A stretch of DNA of 64,000 bases from Lingula anatina (Eukaryota > Animalia > Brachiopoda). Of the stretch, positions 13,111-26,145 are shown piece by piece. Below the pieces are notes generated by a model. That model was not told where the DNA came from, made no database searches, and saw only the letters and a program-made list of their open reading frames with translations. A program made the translations under genes and the position numbers. The DNA lies in NCBI GenBank assembly GCA_051362555.1, contig CM120644.1, positions 1,062,954 to 1,126,953 of the forward strand, read 5' to 3'. Each line of letters begins with the position of its first letter. The first letter of the stretch is position 1.

Positions 13111-15202
13111 AATGAGTGAGCATACATGTACCTCTCCACTGACATGCATTGGTGGGTCAAACCTACAACCTGGAAACAAAACCTGCTGACCTGTATACCA
13201 ACATATCACATAAAGGGTGTGGCAACTGAAAGCCCGGGTCAGTAATAAGTGCACGAGTTCTGCATGCAGAAACACACAGAAAACCACTTGTTCATGCATA
13301 AAACCAACTATGACCTATAAAGTAATGTTTATACTGACAAAGCAAGATGAAAACTGTAATGAAACGAAGCTTACTGTCCAGCGAGCGACACTGGACCCCG
13401 ATAATTTGACTCTGATTTTAGAGTCCGATTGACTCCATCAGAGCCATATAAGAGTCAAATTAACTCCATGAGGGTCAAGGGGTGCTGGACTCTGACTAGA
13501 GAGTCAAATGAGTCCAATTTTATCATCAGTGTCTACTCAAACGAGTCAGAAAATTTACAAAATCAGTGTTGTCTAACAGGAAACAAAGACAGAAAAACAG
13601 CAACGGATAACTTCAACATGACTGTGCAAATTTCTAGTGAGACCTTCGGCCGAGGTGAAGACTTTGTTAGTCTGTTTACATGAAAGATTTTGAAAAGATA
13701 TTTGCGGACATTTTAATAGTCAGCAGGGTTATTTATGACACATTTTATCATTTTATGCCAACCCTCACCCAAATTCAGCAAAATCTTGCCTTATTTCAGT
13801 CGTTTTGTACGTGCCGTGGTCCAATGCAAATGACGTCACACTTGCATGACAATGTACATGTACTAACAGCAATGTTCAGTAAAGACCTCACAAAAAGATG
13901 AGAATTGAAAAAAAGAAATAGGGTAGTCGTCAGTTGTACGACCCAAAAAGATTGTGTTGAGTTAGTGGGAGTATAATGTTATCTTCTCTTCATAGGGTTT
14001 ATAAAGACCCCATGCCGCCAGTCCTTAAAGTGCTAGATAGGTCCAACGGTTGGACTGACAAACAACAGGAATTTGGTGTGTGTATTCACAACGCTCTCAC
14101 CAACTACAATGATATTTCATGGTTCATCCAAGCTTTGGAACTATACAAAATGTTTGGGGCACAACAAGTATTCGTTTATCACCGATCAAGTAACCTCAGC
14201 TCCGTTCTCAATTTTTACGTTAAACAAGGTGAGTCTATGTAGAATATTTTATTGCCTTTATCATAGTTCATCCCCAGTTACAAACCCGTAAACTGTGTTA
14301 GATGAAAATGTAGTAACTATATTCATTAAATCACATTAAAAATAATAACTTTGTTTCATTCCCCACTTTTTGCATATTTAAAATTATTTAGTTCTTATCA
14401 ATGAAGCTGTGTGCAATATGTCTTTTTTTTAATTTCCCCACGTAATTCAATCTCAGAAATAATATAAGCATTGTGAGGTGGCATTGCTTCAGGGCACAAC
14501 TACCGCATTCAACATATCAGCATAGCTATATGACACAATGATTAGATACCAGCATTTATTTCAGGATTTGTCACTGTAATACCGTGGAATGTGACTGCGA
14601 TTGAAAAGGGTCTAGGGAAACAAATGCCATATAACTACATACAGCTAACACTGCAAAACGACTGCGTGTTGCGTAACATACACCGGTTCAAATATCTCCT
14701 TATGCACGACATCGACGAGGTCATTGTTCCCTACTTGCACGAGAACTACTCCGTCATGATACAGAGTTTTCCTAGCAGAGCTGCCTACAGGTTCAGCAAT
14801 GCCTTCTTCCCGCTTGTCTTCAGCGACAATGTGACTGTGTACAAAAACAGAACTGGAGATAAAGATGGACGAATGTTGCGATACAAACCGGTAGCACTCT
14901 TAGCAACAAAGCGGTTACACGTTTGGTTTGGCGGTGGTAGATGGAAAATGATCATAAGACCGGAAAAAGTGAATCTCATGACGACCCACAGTGCCATTAA
15001 TGCCACCAGCGTCTATGCTGTGTTGCCTTCCGAAGCCGTTCTGCATCACTTTAGGCAAGGACGCCCAATCTACATTAGGAGAAATATGGTCCGAAAGAAA
15101 AACTTTCTTGAAACACGCATGTACCATTTTAAGGACAAATACCTGGCACGCTTGGAAATGGCTGAGAAAATGATGAAGAAAAGTGGAATTGCATGGCCAT
15201 GA
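8779..15202 (+). CDS. Glycosyltransferase family 92 (GALT-1/DUF23-like) protein, copy 1, about 538 aa; exons 8779-9431, 12005-12097, 13996-14228, 14565-15202
   Basis: N-terminal TM anchor (CLSFILLACCVITAWYLL), stem region, and GT92-typical motifs VFSAYYDPR, FGVCIH, QNDC..RN..RFKYLLMHDIDEVIVP (DxD), KMIIRPEKV, LHHFR. All introns are GT-AG with compatible phases (2,2,1). Confidence 0.88.
9492..11147 (-). mobile_element. Tc1/mariner transposon (1.66 kb) with frameshifted transposase, in GT92 copy 1 intron 1
   Basis: 27-bp TIRs CAGGGTTACTACTTAATATGGAATATT with 1 mismatch, inserted at a TA/TG microsatellite. ORFs 10305-10742 and 9856-10251 carry the Tc1 motifs WNHVIFGDEARY, YQDDCATPH and WPAKSPDMNPNENLW. 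Confidence 0.92.
12617..13531. mobile_element. Non-autonomous CACTA/EnSpm-like element in copy 1 intron 2
   Basis: TIRs CACTGAGAATAAAATCGGAGTC / GAGTCCAATTTTATCATCAGTG, 2-bp TSD (TC), and many GAGTC/GACTC subterminal repeats. Internal (TA)n at about 13049-13108. Confidence 0.75.
12917..12988 (-). mobile_element. tRNA-derived (SINE-head-like) sequence with Pol III A and B boxes
   Basis: Minus strand has TGGTCTAGTGG (A box) and GGTTCGAGCCC (B box/T-arm), but no pairing acceptor stem. Confidence 0.55.
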
Positions 15203-15458
15203 TGTAAAATTACCGCCTGTTGATACGTGTATATTGAGAGGCACGGTAACATTTGTATATTAGAGTTTTGATATTACATGAATTAACATGAATGAACAGT
15301 CAACGCGCACAAACACGCACACATATGCAAAAATTGATTAAATAAAATCACTTGCACAATTGCAAATCCGCATATTTTAATAGGATCCATATGAAGTACA
15401 CAGTTGGGCTGTTTGCTTGATCTGTTGTTATACTAAGTACTACTGTATATCTTTAATA

Positions 15459-15770
15459 CAGATTTGACATTTAATATGGGATATTTTTTCTAAATCATAA
15501 ATCATCCGTTTTTTCCTGTTTTGCTGACTGGTAAATACAAAAGAGGATTAAACCCGTTTTTAATAAATAATTAATCTCCTTGATGGCATTTTGACATCAG
15601 TTCATTAACTGAATTCGCCAGTGAAGAAAAAATTGCCTATTCTACAGGTAAGTCATACGACAACCAATGAAAGCGTTGAGACACGTATGTATCATTTTAA
15701 GAACAAATACCGGGCACGCCTAGTAACAGCCGAGAAAATGATAAAGAAGAGTGGAATTGCATGGCCATGA
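15459..15770 (+). pseudogene. Orphan Tc1 end (15459-15675) fused to a remnant of the GT92 last exon (15676-15770)
   Basis: 15459-15675 is the reverse complement of the right end of the Tc1 at 37308-38940. It is followed directly by ETRMYHFKNKYRARLVTAEKMIKKSGIAWP*. Confidence 0.8.
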
Positions 15771-16610
15771 TGAAAAATTACCGTATATCGTCTACATGCC
15801 ATTTGTAAAATTACCGTATATCGTCTACGTGACATTAGCATTTAGATGTTAAAAAAACAGGAGATTTGCACAAACACGCACATGTGTACAAAATAGCTTA
15901 AAAATCACGTGCACAATTGAAAATCAGAACATTTTCACACACGCTAAACACGCACATGTACTTGTACGGGTAGTACGATATGCCATCAGGACCAATCAAC
16001 GCCTGACTGATTTTAAATCAAGTTTGTTGATAGGGTCAATCTAAAGTTCGCAGGGGGGCTGTTTGCTTGATCTATTGCTATACTAAGTATTTTGCAATAT
16101 TTTAGTGCAAATTTCAAATGTGGGACGGGATGCCCTTTCGCATAAAACAGCGACTTCTCACCAACCAAGTTTTGTTGTTTAAAATCAGCACAAAGATAAA
16201 TGCATTATTAAATATTTAGATGCAGGGAAAGCCTCATTTTCGGTATTTGGACGCTGATAAAGGCTTATGTTATCCTTAAACATTGCTGAGCTGACCTACT
16301 CATGCCCAAAATGCGAATTTTATTAAAAATCTGTGAGATGTAATTGGAAATCAAATCCAAACAATTGGTTCCAAAGCAAAAGCGACCTGATTCAAAACGC
16401 TTTTACTACGCTTTCATGAGTATATCCTAGAAGGCTGGTGGCAGTTCGGAGGGTATAAAGCAGTAGTCTGTTAATATCTAGTAGAAAAATTCAATTGAAA
16501 ATACCGATTTCAATAAAATCCAAACTTAAAATCCCTAATTCCTTGAAATAAATTCATAATCAATAACCTTAAAGCAACGTGGTGCAATACCTTTGTCATA
16601 CCCCTGTACA

Positions 16611-16892
16611 CTCTTAGCAAAATTTGAGACTTCTTGCAAACTGTTGCCGAAAATTTGCTGCTATTTTGCAGGAAGGAATTTCACCATGCAAATAATTCAA
16701 GGCACATGTTGTACTGTTTACAGTTTGAATGGATATGAAGACTTCTTCCAAACTTACTGTGAACAACTTTATGTGCTCATGCAAATTTGAACCAATTTAT
16801 TTCGCAACAACATGCAAACAGTGTCTTGCTAACTATTTAGTTTGCAACAAATGTGGAGCAAATTTACTGCAGTTTGTCTATTTTGCTTAGGG
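16611..16892. mobile_element. MITE with CCCT(A/C)AGCAAAAT-type ends upstream of copy 2
   Basis: CTCTTAGCAAAAT ... ATTTTGCTTAGGG, same terminus type as the element at 1070. Shorter deleted versions lie upstream of copies 3-6 (about 26484, 32328, 39333, 45066). Confidence 0.55.
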
Positions 16893-17270
16893 AATACATT
16901 AAAATCTTAGTCTATATACAGTTTGTTTAATGCAGTATAATATAATAATGTCTGGTAACTGGATTAATATATAAAAAATACGTGACTTTACGATGATATG
17001 GGTTTCTACGCTACAAAAAAAGTTATTCAAAGTACCTTATCATTTTGATTTTGCTTACTATTCATCTCTAAGTATCGGTATTTGACCGATTGATCGTTAT
17101 GCGGCTTTTCTAACATTATTTTATTAGTCTTTACGTTTCATAAACTTGTGGTAACCTATGGCAACCAATCTTAGACTTACCCTTTTATACTTTTCATTGT
17201 GAAAATCCCGTATGCGCTATGCAAATCGCCCATATAAATCAACTGCCGCTGTTCGGAATCAGAGTACCGT

Positions 17271-18011
17271 ATGGTGAAATCCGCCAAGATGGCAAATATG
17301 AAGGCTGGGCGATTTAAAAGCTATTTTGTACAAGGAATACACAAAAAATGCCTTTCTTTTATTTTACTTGCCTGTTGTGTAATTACAGGCTGGTATCTGT
17401 TCGGGACCGATAAACTGGTATATCACAAGCGCAGCAAACATGTAAGAAAACTAACAAGATATAACGATGCTGTTGAATTACAAATGTCGGGTTCCAATCA
17501 CACTTCTCCGGGTAGATATGGGCCTTCAGATTTGAAGACAAGTCGGCTGTCAGAGACAGGGCACCCATTGTCAGATTCTCTCAAATTTCAAGCAACTGAG
17601 GCAGCAGGCCCGATTGAACATTTGGGAGAATCCGTGGTAGGTTGGACTTCCTGGGCAGAGTCATTACCTACCGATTTCTCCAATGAAACTTTAAGATGGC
17701 AAAAAGCAGCAGATTCCGGGTTGTACGTGTTCTCTGCATATTATGATCCACGAGTAAAAGGCAGAGAAGTAAAAGTAATTTCAGCGGCAAGACAACCCAC
17801 AGAAAAACATATGCCTTTATATTGTCGACTTTGGTTTGAGGCTGAACACAAATACTATAATGGAACTGTCAGAGGGAAGATGTTGAAAGAAGATGTTCGC
17901 CGAGGAGTGCTTGAATATATTTTTAGGATTGATAGAAATTCAAGGTATTTTTAAGATAAACATATATAATGTATATTTGTGGTGTTTTCCATTATATATT
18001 TAAACACACAC

Positions 18012-18052
<41 letters not shown>

Positions 18053-19987
18053 AGTGTCACAGGCAAGATTGAAATCCAGGCAGATTATAAATTCGCCTTG
18101 GCGAAATAAAGACAATTTTGAATTATGATTACATTAATCACATCCAAAAAGGCCATTAATGGCCTAGAACATATAGCTAAGAACATAAATTATTAAATAC
18201 ATTCCATATGGAGGGTTACCCGCAAAAAACTGCAGTTTTATCGAGGTACCATTTAAGCATTAGTGGTGTGGATGGTGTGGATCATGTTTGTAGTGCAGAT
18301 GCAGCACAGCACACTACGAGACTACGGCAAGAAATGGGGGTTGCACTGAAAGTAACACTTTAAGGTAGTTTCACAAAAAAAATTGCAGTAGTATATTTTA
18401 TTACGTACGTAAACATGCCTTTATAACTGCACATCTTGACTACGGAAACAGTCTTCTCTATGGTCTTCCTACCTACCAAATTGAAAAACTGCAATCTGTC
18501 CAAAATGCAGCAGCACGACTACTGACCAAAACCCCTCTCAGATCAAACATTTCACCCATTTTATTCGAACTACATTGGTTTCCTGTACGACAGAGACTTG
18601 TTTTAAAATTACTGCTATTTGTTTTGAAATTCACCAGAGGTGAATGACCCTCATATTTTAACTCGATGCTACATCTAAGTACACCCAATCTCAACAGGTC
18701 TACCAGATCCACCTCCACTCTTTGTTTTATCAGAAATGATAATAAAAAAAATTAAAAAAAAACTAGGGCCACAGGGCATTTTCAATGGCAGCACCCATTT
18801 TATGGAATCAACTACACATTCGGACTATTGATAAAGTTGAGGCTTTTAAAAAAGACTTAAATCATTCTTATTTTCACAGTATTTTAACTAACATTTTCTC
18901 ATTTTATCGGAAAAAAAGTTTTATTGTTCAGACCATTACTATTTTAACCAGCATTAATTATTTTAATTGTTTTTTACCTTAGCTTTTATTATCTATATAA
19001 TTAGTTGTAAACCTGATAATTTTATCTGTAAACAGCACTGAGACGGTAGGGTAGTGCGGTTTTAAGAAATAAATATTATTATTATTAACATACAGTCAGT
19101 CAACAGAAAATCGAAAAAAAAAGAATCCCGTGTCACATCTTTACAACTCCATCTATGAAGACCAAAATGAGTCTAACGGTGAATTTGTTACTCCAAATAT
19201 GTCAGGGGTGGATCCTGATATATATATATATATATATTTACTCTGACAGTCTTCCAAATTATCTTTGTGTGCTTATCCTCCACTGCCTCCCTCCAAACAC
19301 AACTTACTGATATGTACATTTATTCAAAAGAAAGTAATCCTTTATATTGTGACTAATGATATCGTAATTGAAAATTGTTTTGACTTGGATTTCAAATCAC
19401 GCTCATGCGGATTTAGATTTTGTCTGGATTTCAATCCTTATTATTTGTATAACCATATTATTTGTGTACGTCTGATTGCAATCCGTATTATTTGTGTACG
19501 TCGTGATGCATTAACATAGAATATAGTTCATTGGATACCTTGAATAATCTTACATTTTTCAGTATACTTATTTAATAAGTTTTGGTTTGAATAACATGTC
19601 ACTCGTAAAGGGAAAAGTAAATAGTTTACCAGAAAGCCTTGATGAGCAGCCTTGAAAGCATGCATATAAAACTGGTGCATTTTGTATTCAGAACGGCAGC
19701 CGTATTTATTTATCTATTTATTTATTTGTTTATTTTTTTATTTTTTATTTTATTTTTTGTATTCCCGTCATTCATTTTCTTTTCATTTTCCAGAATTAGG
19801 AGCAGCATTGTGTACTGTAATGTATCAGACATACCACGGCCAACAGCTGTACAACTGATAGCAAATATCACCCCAGAATCTCTTCAGTATTTCTTGGCGG
19901 CCAAAGCCAATCTGTCGTATGTCTTGTGAGACAATTTATTTTTTAAAGAATATCTGTTGTTTAAAAAACAACCCTGGTGTGGTTATA

Positions 19988-20035
<48 letters not shown>

Positions 20036-21933
20036 ACACAAACACACAAGCACCAACGCACATGTAGCAATCACATCTAAAGTTTGCCTTTTTCAAGATA
20101 AATTTAACATGGAAAAATAATTACTTTCCATTTCTATGTACTGTTTGAAACTTGTATCATTTTATGCCCACTCTCTCTCAAATTCAGCAAAAATCTCACG
20201 TTATTTCAGATTTTTTCTGCGCCATACCGTCAAATGCAAAGCTCATGCACACATACATGGTAATGTACGTGTACTACCATCCATGTTACTAACACATCTT
20301 TTCTCTATCTAGGATTTATAAAGACTTCATGCCGCCCGTCCTTAAAGTGCTAGATAGGTCCAAGGGTTGGACTGACAAACAACAGGAATTCGGTGTGTGT
20401 ATTCACGGCGCTCTCATCAACTACAATGATATCTCATGGTTCATCCAAGCTTTGGAACTATACAAAATGTTTGGGGCACAACACGTCTTCATTTATCACC
20501 GATCAAGTAACCTCAGCTCCGTTCTCGATTTTTACGTTAAACAAGGTGAGTCTGTGTAGAATATTTTATTGCCTTTATCATAGTTCATCCCCAGTTACAA
20601 ACCCGTGAACCGTGTTAGTTGGGAATGCAGGAACAATACGCATTAAAGATGCATATGGAGTCATTTTTTTGGCCACAAAAACCAAACAAATACTAGCAGA
20701 TAGTTTCAAATAGTATAACTAAGAGAATACCAAAGGACTTGTTTAATATTACTCGAACATGATATTTGGACGGGGGTTTATGCTGGTTTTCTATGCTGTA
20801 CATACATTGGGCGGAAAAGTACGTCACATAAGTACCCTGTAGGTTAAATTTCTGACCAAAAAAGAAAGGAGCGGTGTAAAGCTCTTTTTGGGCTGATCGA
20901 GCAATTTATTCAGTTTATCCTTTGGCATGTCTATTTCATTTGAGTCGTAAAAGAAACTAGTAGAAGTGGTTTATATGTGTCACTGGGAATCCATGCTCCA
21001 CTGACGCTTGGCTCATATGTACCTTTAAATGAGATAAAAAGGGTCCAATTTTATTTCATTCCCCATTTGATTGCATATCTTAAATTATTTAGTGCCTATA
21101 AATGATGAAGCTGTGAAATATGATGGGTCATTAAAAGAGAAATATTATGCCAGTTGTTTTTAATTTCTCCGCCAAACAAGACATTCCGTAGAACAATTTC
21201 ATAGAAATAATATTAACATTGTGGGGTGGCATTGCTCCTGGGCACAACTACCGCATTCTATCTTCATAGCAGTATAAGACGGTGCTTTATTTCAGGATTT
21301 GTCACTGTTATACCGTGGAACGTGACTGCAATTGAAAAGGGTCTAGGGACACAAATGCCATATAACTACAAACAACTAACAGTGCAAAACGACTGCGTGT
21401 TACGTAATATACACCGGTTCAAATATCTCCTAATGCACGACATCGACGAGGTTATCGTTCCCTACTTGCACAACAACTACTCAGCCATGATGCAGAGTTT
21501 TCCTAGCAGAGCTGCCTACAGGTTCAGCAATGCCTTCTTCCCGCGTGTCTTCATCGACAATGTGACTGTGTACCAAAACAGAACTGGAGATAAAGATGGA
21601 CGAATGTTGCGATACAAACCGGTAGCACTCTTAGCAACAAAGCGGTTACACGTTTGGTTTGGCGGTGGTAGATGGAAAATGATCATAAGACCGGAAAAAG
21701 TGAACCTCATGACGACTCATAGTGCAATAAATGCCACCAGCGTCTATGCTGTGTTGCCTTCTGAAGCCGTTCTGCATCATTTTAGGCAAGGACGTCCAAT
21801 CTACATTAGGAGAAATATGGTCCGAAAGAAAAACTTTCTTGAAACACGCATGTACCATTTTAAGGACAAATACCTGGCACGCTTGGGAATGACCGAGAAA
21901 ATGATGAAGAAGAGTGGAATTGAATGGCCATGA
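17271..21933 (+). CDS. GT92 family glycosyltransferase, copy 2, 545 aa; exons 17271-17944, 19794-19886, 20313-20545, 21296-21933
   Basis: Same motifs, exon sizes (674/93/233/638) and phases as the other copies; intact DIDE. Confidence 0.88.
18417..19086 (+). mobile_element. 5'-truncated L2/CR1-type LINE in copy 2 intron 1
   Basis: Translates to AFITAHLDYGNSLLYGLPTYQIEKLQSVQNAAARLLT..ISPILFELHWFPV, a typical L2/CR1 ORF2 C-terminus. Ends in AATAAA plus a (TAT)n tail and is flanked by AACAT on both sides. Absent at the paralogous site in copies 4 and 5. Confidence 0.85.
20647..21024. mobile_element. Kolobok-like MITE (TTAA TSD) in copy 2 intron 3
   Basis: TTAA|AGATGCATATGGAGTCA ... TGGCTCATATGTACCT|TTAA; absent from copy 1 intron 3. 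Confidence 0.7.
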
Positions 21934-22536
21934 TGTAAAAAACCGTCTACGGTACACTATGTCTATACTAAATACCTGTTGATAGTGTATATTGAGAGGC
22001 ACGGTGACATTTGTATATTAGGGTTTTGGTATTACATAAACAGTCAACGCGCACATACGCGCACACGTATGTAAAAAATAATAAAATAAAATCACTTGCA
22101 CAATTTCAAATCCGAATATTTTGATAGGATCCATATGAAGTACACAGTACCTGTAGGGCTGTTTTCTTGACCTATTGCTATACTAAGTATTTCTTTAATA
22201 TGTTTGAATGCAAATTTCAAGTGTGGGACGGGCTGCTCATTGGGATAAATAAGAGACTTCTCACCACCCTGTCCAATGCTCAGAGCTGACATACTTCTAA
22301 TAAAGCCAAACAAGATCAAGGTTAAGAAGGAAAAAAATAGAGATGCTTTAAGAGTATCACATAAAGAATGAGATTATTTTTTCCTATTGAGGGGGAACTG
22401 TATTGTACTAGTTCTGCTTTTGGTAACAATTTAAGGCAAGTTATGAAAGTTGAGCATTAGAACATTACGCAATATCATTTGTGATACATTTAGCCATATA
22501 AACATCATTTATTCGCATTTTCTGTTAATTACTTAA

Positions 22537-25011
22537 AGGACAATGGTCATATAAAAATCCATTTCTCGAATTTTGAAGATTCAACACTCAATCTATACAC
22601 TAGAGGTATGTTTTAATCGATCCCCGCCATTTAAAAATTATAAAAACAATCTATTAGTAGTAAAAAAGCGTTTTAGTAAACCTCACCTCAATATGCATAA
22701 ATGAAGCAACAGATCTGGGTCACGCGGTACTGTGACGACAATTGGGATAAAGGTCTATGAGACTCAACTGAGCTGCATGGTGCAAACAGACAGAATAACT
22801 TTGGAAAAGTTGTGTTGAATGGAGTTGAGCAATTTTCTTTATGCCTCAGTGTGTTGCCGTGGGATTCACCAAAATTGCAGCACTCCTTGACTTTCTTTCT
22901 TTATCTGTGACTAGCTTACTAACTTCGGTGACAATAGTTGCGATCCTCGCGATCTCGGTCACCTCAGGTGATTTAGATCATATCAAAAGCTGATAGTCTT
23001 TAAGATACTGTCTTCAGTTGGCAAGCTTACTAATTGCTGATGCATTTTTAAATTCATTGTAGTTGACCAAGAGCTCGTTAACAATAAAACCTGTTAATTA
23101 TGCACCGCTGCAATTCCCAAGCCAGGTAATAACAGGTATGAAACTCGTCTTGGTGGGCTTTCATATTTTTCAATATATCTCATTTATTTCATGGGGTTAT
23201 TTTATTGGTATTTGTAAATGACGTTGAATATCAATACTTAAACAATTAAGTTCAAACACGGTCGCGAACATTAATAAAAGAAATTGCTCTCAGGGTATCT
23301 TGAAGCTTCCGTGGAAGAAAACGTGTTGAGGAAAAACAGGAAAAAGAGCGTTATATTAAAGAAAAAATGGGAACTGCTGTAATAAAATGGTTCGTTATCC
23401 TAATTCGTTTATGCTTTGAGGATTTGTTTCTGAAGATTATTTCATCTGAAATATTAAATAATTTAAAAGATTGATTATTTTATAACTTGAAGCGCAAATT
23501 CTGCGTCAGTACGCAATTTTATTTTATTTTATTTATTTATTTATTTATTTTTTTTTTTTTTGCAAATTTGTAAGCTTATAACACCGTGCTATAAAGATCT
23601 ACTCAAGAAAAAAATTTGCTTGGGTAAAATTGAGTACGGAATGAACTGGAGACACTTGGCTTGTCATTAAGTTTACACGAAAATATGTCAGGTAACTTTA
23701 TACCGTCTTTGAAAGAGTAAAGATTGAAAGATAATTTTAGACAAACTTTGACGGGGGAAATACCTACAAAGAGTAATGGGCTATTTCGCCAACATCTTGT
23801 TGAACATTTTACACTGCAATTCTATTCAAATAAGCTAAGGAACTAATTGCCAAATTTATACTCTCATCACATAACAGGGGGATAACCAGACCTGCAAAAA
23901 TTGTACGCACATATTTAAAAAAATTACAAGCACATACAGCAAAATGTAGACTTACGCAAAACATGAAGGACAGCGTAATCACAGCAAATGTACCTCATAT
24001 AGTAGCTTAATTTCCATTAATAATAAAATCATCATTTAAGTCAAAAATATTCTCGCGATTTAATAACTATTTTAATATACCCAGAACGGTATATTTATTT
24101 TAAAGGCGGTTAACTGAAATATAGTTTTATGATTTGTTTGTGAAAATTGCCCATGTCACCCTGTTAGTTTTGAGGTCTAAGCTGGATCAAGTCCGTGTTA
24201 AAATTCCTATGAAGTTGTGCAGGAAAAATTCTTCCTTTCTTTCTCTAGCTCCTCGATAAACCTGGTGTTCAGATTTTATCTAGTACCCCCAGGTCTACGG
24301 GAGCTGCGCTTTGTAACTAACGCACAGGTAGATTTTTACCTGAGATAACTGGAGTAAAGCTTAGATAGAGAAATACAAGCAAGACAAATTGAATGCCATT
24401 TAACCCTCTAATTAAGAGGTAAAGGAAGTTCCAGTTAGATGGATGATTAAGATAGGACTTGTAAAGGTAACGGTCATTGTTTACCTCAGTTTAATAAAAG
24501 TATGCAAGACGGAGTGTCAGCGGTTTAATAAAATAAATTGAATTCCACAAATAACATGGACCTCATATGCAATAATCAACATTTCCCTTAACTCATTCAA
24601 ATGCAGTGTTTTATACAACTTGGGATAACCATAATGAAATGCTTGTTAAAGAAATGACTAGACGGGAAATGGTTTTACACAGCTTCACGAGGATTTAGAC
24701 CCCTCGGGTAAGAGATTTGAATGAGTATAAAATTTTATCAGAAGCCAGAGAAGTCATCTTACAGGTAGACAATGCAGCTCAGTTTGACAGCTAAGCACGC
24801 TCTGTTCTCCAGTTGCTCGATTGTCGTCATCGGACCACGTGACCACGTAGCTCATTAACTCCCAGGCCGAGCATATAGGACGTTTTTTAAAGCCAAAAAT
24901 TTACAAAATGAGCTTTTAATTTGTGTATTTGGATAAAGATATCGTTAGTTGGGCATGTTTTCTGAAGAATATGTTCCGTTGAAGCCATTCTGACGGTATG
25001 AAGCAAATCCT
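22537..25011. mobile_element. Kolobok-like DNA element (2.5 kb) in the copy 2-3 spacer
   Basis: TTAA|AGGACAATGGTCATA ... TATGAAGCAAATCCT|TTAA. The flanks join seamlessly in the paralogous spacers (about 31700, 37050, 44435) and at about 54870. Possible decayed THAP start (MPQCVAVG) at about 22841. Confidence 0.7.
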
Positions 25012-25325
25012 TTAATGCATCTTTACCAGAAAGTGTACAGATGGTTCTCTTTGTGGCGTGTTGTCAAGGTTACGCATGCAGACAGCACTTGTGGTTGTGT
25101 TATTAACCCAGCCTTAACGAGCTGTTATAACGTCCATGCCCGCTGCCATGGTAACATGCAATGTGCATATTAGTATAGTCGTGTATATACTAAACCCTCT
25201 GTGTGTAATAAAGCGCCAACCTTCTAACGGGGAATCTAGCCCCAGGAAAAAGAATATAATACAAACTGTAACAGTTGGAAATAGAACGGCGCCCGTATAC
25301 AATAACAACATGCATTATGTAATAT

Positions 25326-26145
25326 CCCACACGCAAGCGCAGTAGATACTCCAGCGCAGTTGACTACTGCAATTATACTGCAAACATGCCTCAAATCTGG
25401 TTCGATTTGGGAGCTAAGTAGCATATTTGAAACATGCTTCTATCATGCTGCTAATCTAGTGCATTAATGCTCCTCTCTGTACAAACCTATGTACTTTTTG
25501 GAGTAGAATTGCAGTAGGCTATACTGCATTTCTACTGCAAATATGCTCCACACCACTAATGCGGTAATGCTTCTGTTGTAAAGCAAATTACTTACACTTT
25601 CACTAATCACAGATAATAATAATTAAAGCGGAATCAAAAGAGTAAAAGGACAGAGAGTTATTGAGTGTAAGTTAAGTTTCTCCAAGAGTCAACAAGTGTA
25701 GAACATGTTTTTAGTGTCAGAAAAAGATGGAAAAGGTCAAAGTCAGTAACAGTTAATGTGATTGGTTAATTTCATAACATATAATAATTTTGATCATCTA
25801 TTTATCACATGATAGCTGAGTTTTGGATAAGGTCCAAGCATGAGTAATCCAAATAATATTTTAGATATCTTTAATTGAAAACAAGTTTCTTAGGGATTAC
25901 CTAATAAGGAAATGTTGCATAGTGACTTGCAACATGAGAATGGAAAATATTTTGTAATCACGCAAAGACAATGGGAAAGAAAACAAGTAAATGCGTGATC
26001 AGTACGGAGAAATTGAGTATAGATATTTGTGAAGTTGTAAGAAGCAAGAGTCGGTGAATAAACGTTCGAAAGCTCCAAACTGCTGTCGTCATTCCTCACT
26101 ATAACACTTCTTTGCTACTTCGATACTCCTGAATTTTCGTGCGGG
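25326..26145. mobile_element. CACTA/EnSpm-like non-autonomous element upstream of copy 3
   Basis: CCCACACGCAA ... TTCGTGCGGG termini with 2-bp TSD (AT). Empty site gtaatatatc at about 39003. Internal sequence is related (inverted) to intron 1 sequence at about 11330-11390. Confidence 0.72.

Noticed and set aside
14785-15252. Antisense ORFs recurring over GT92 exon 4 in each copy
   Set aside because: They are shadows of the duplicated sense exon and their lengths are not conserved.
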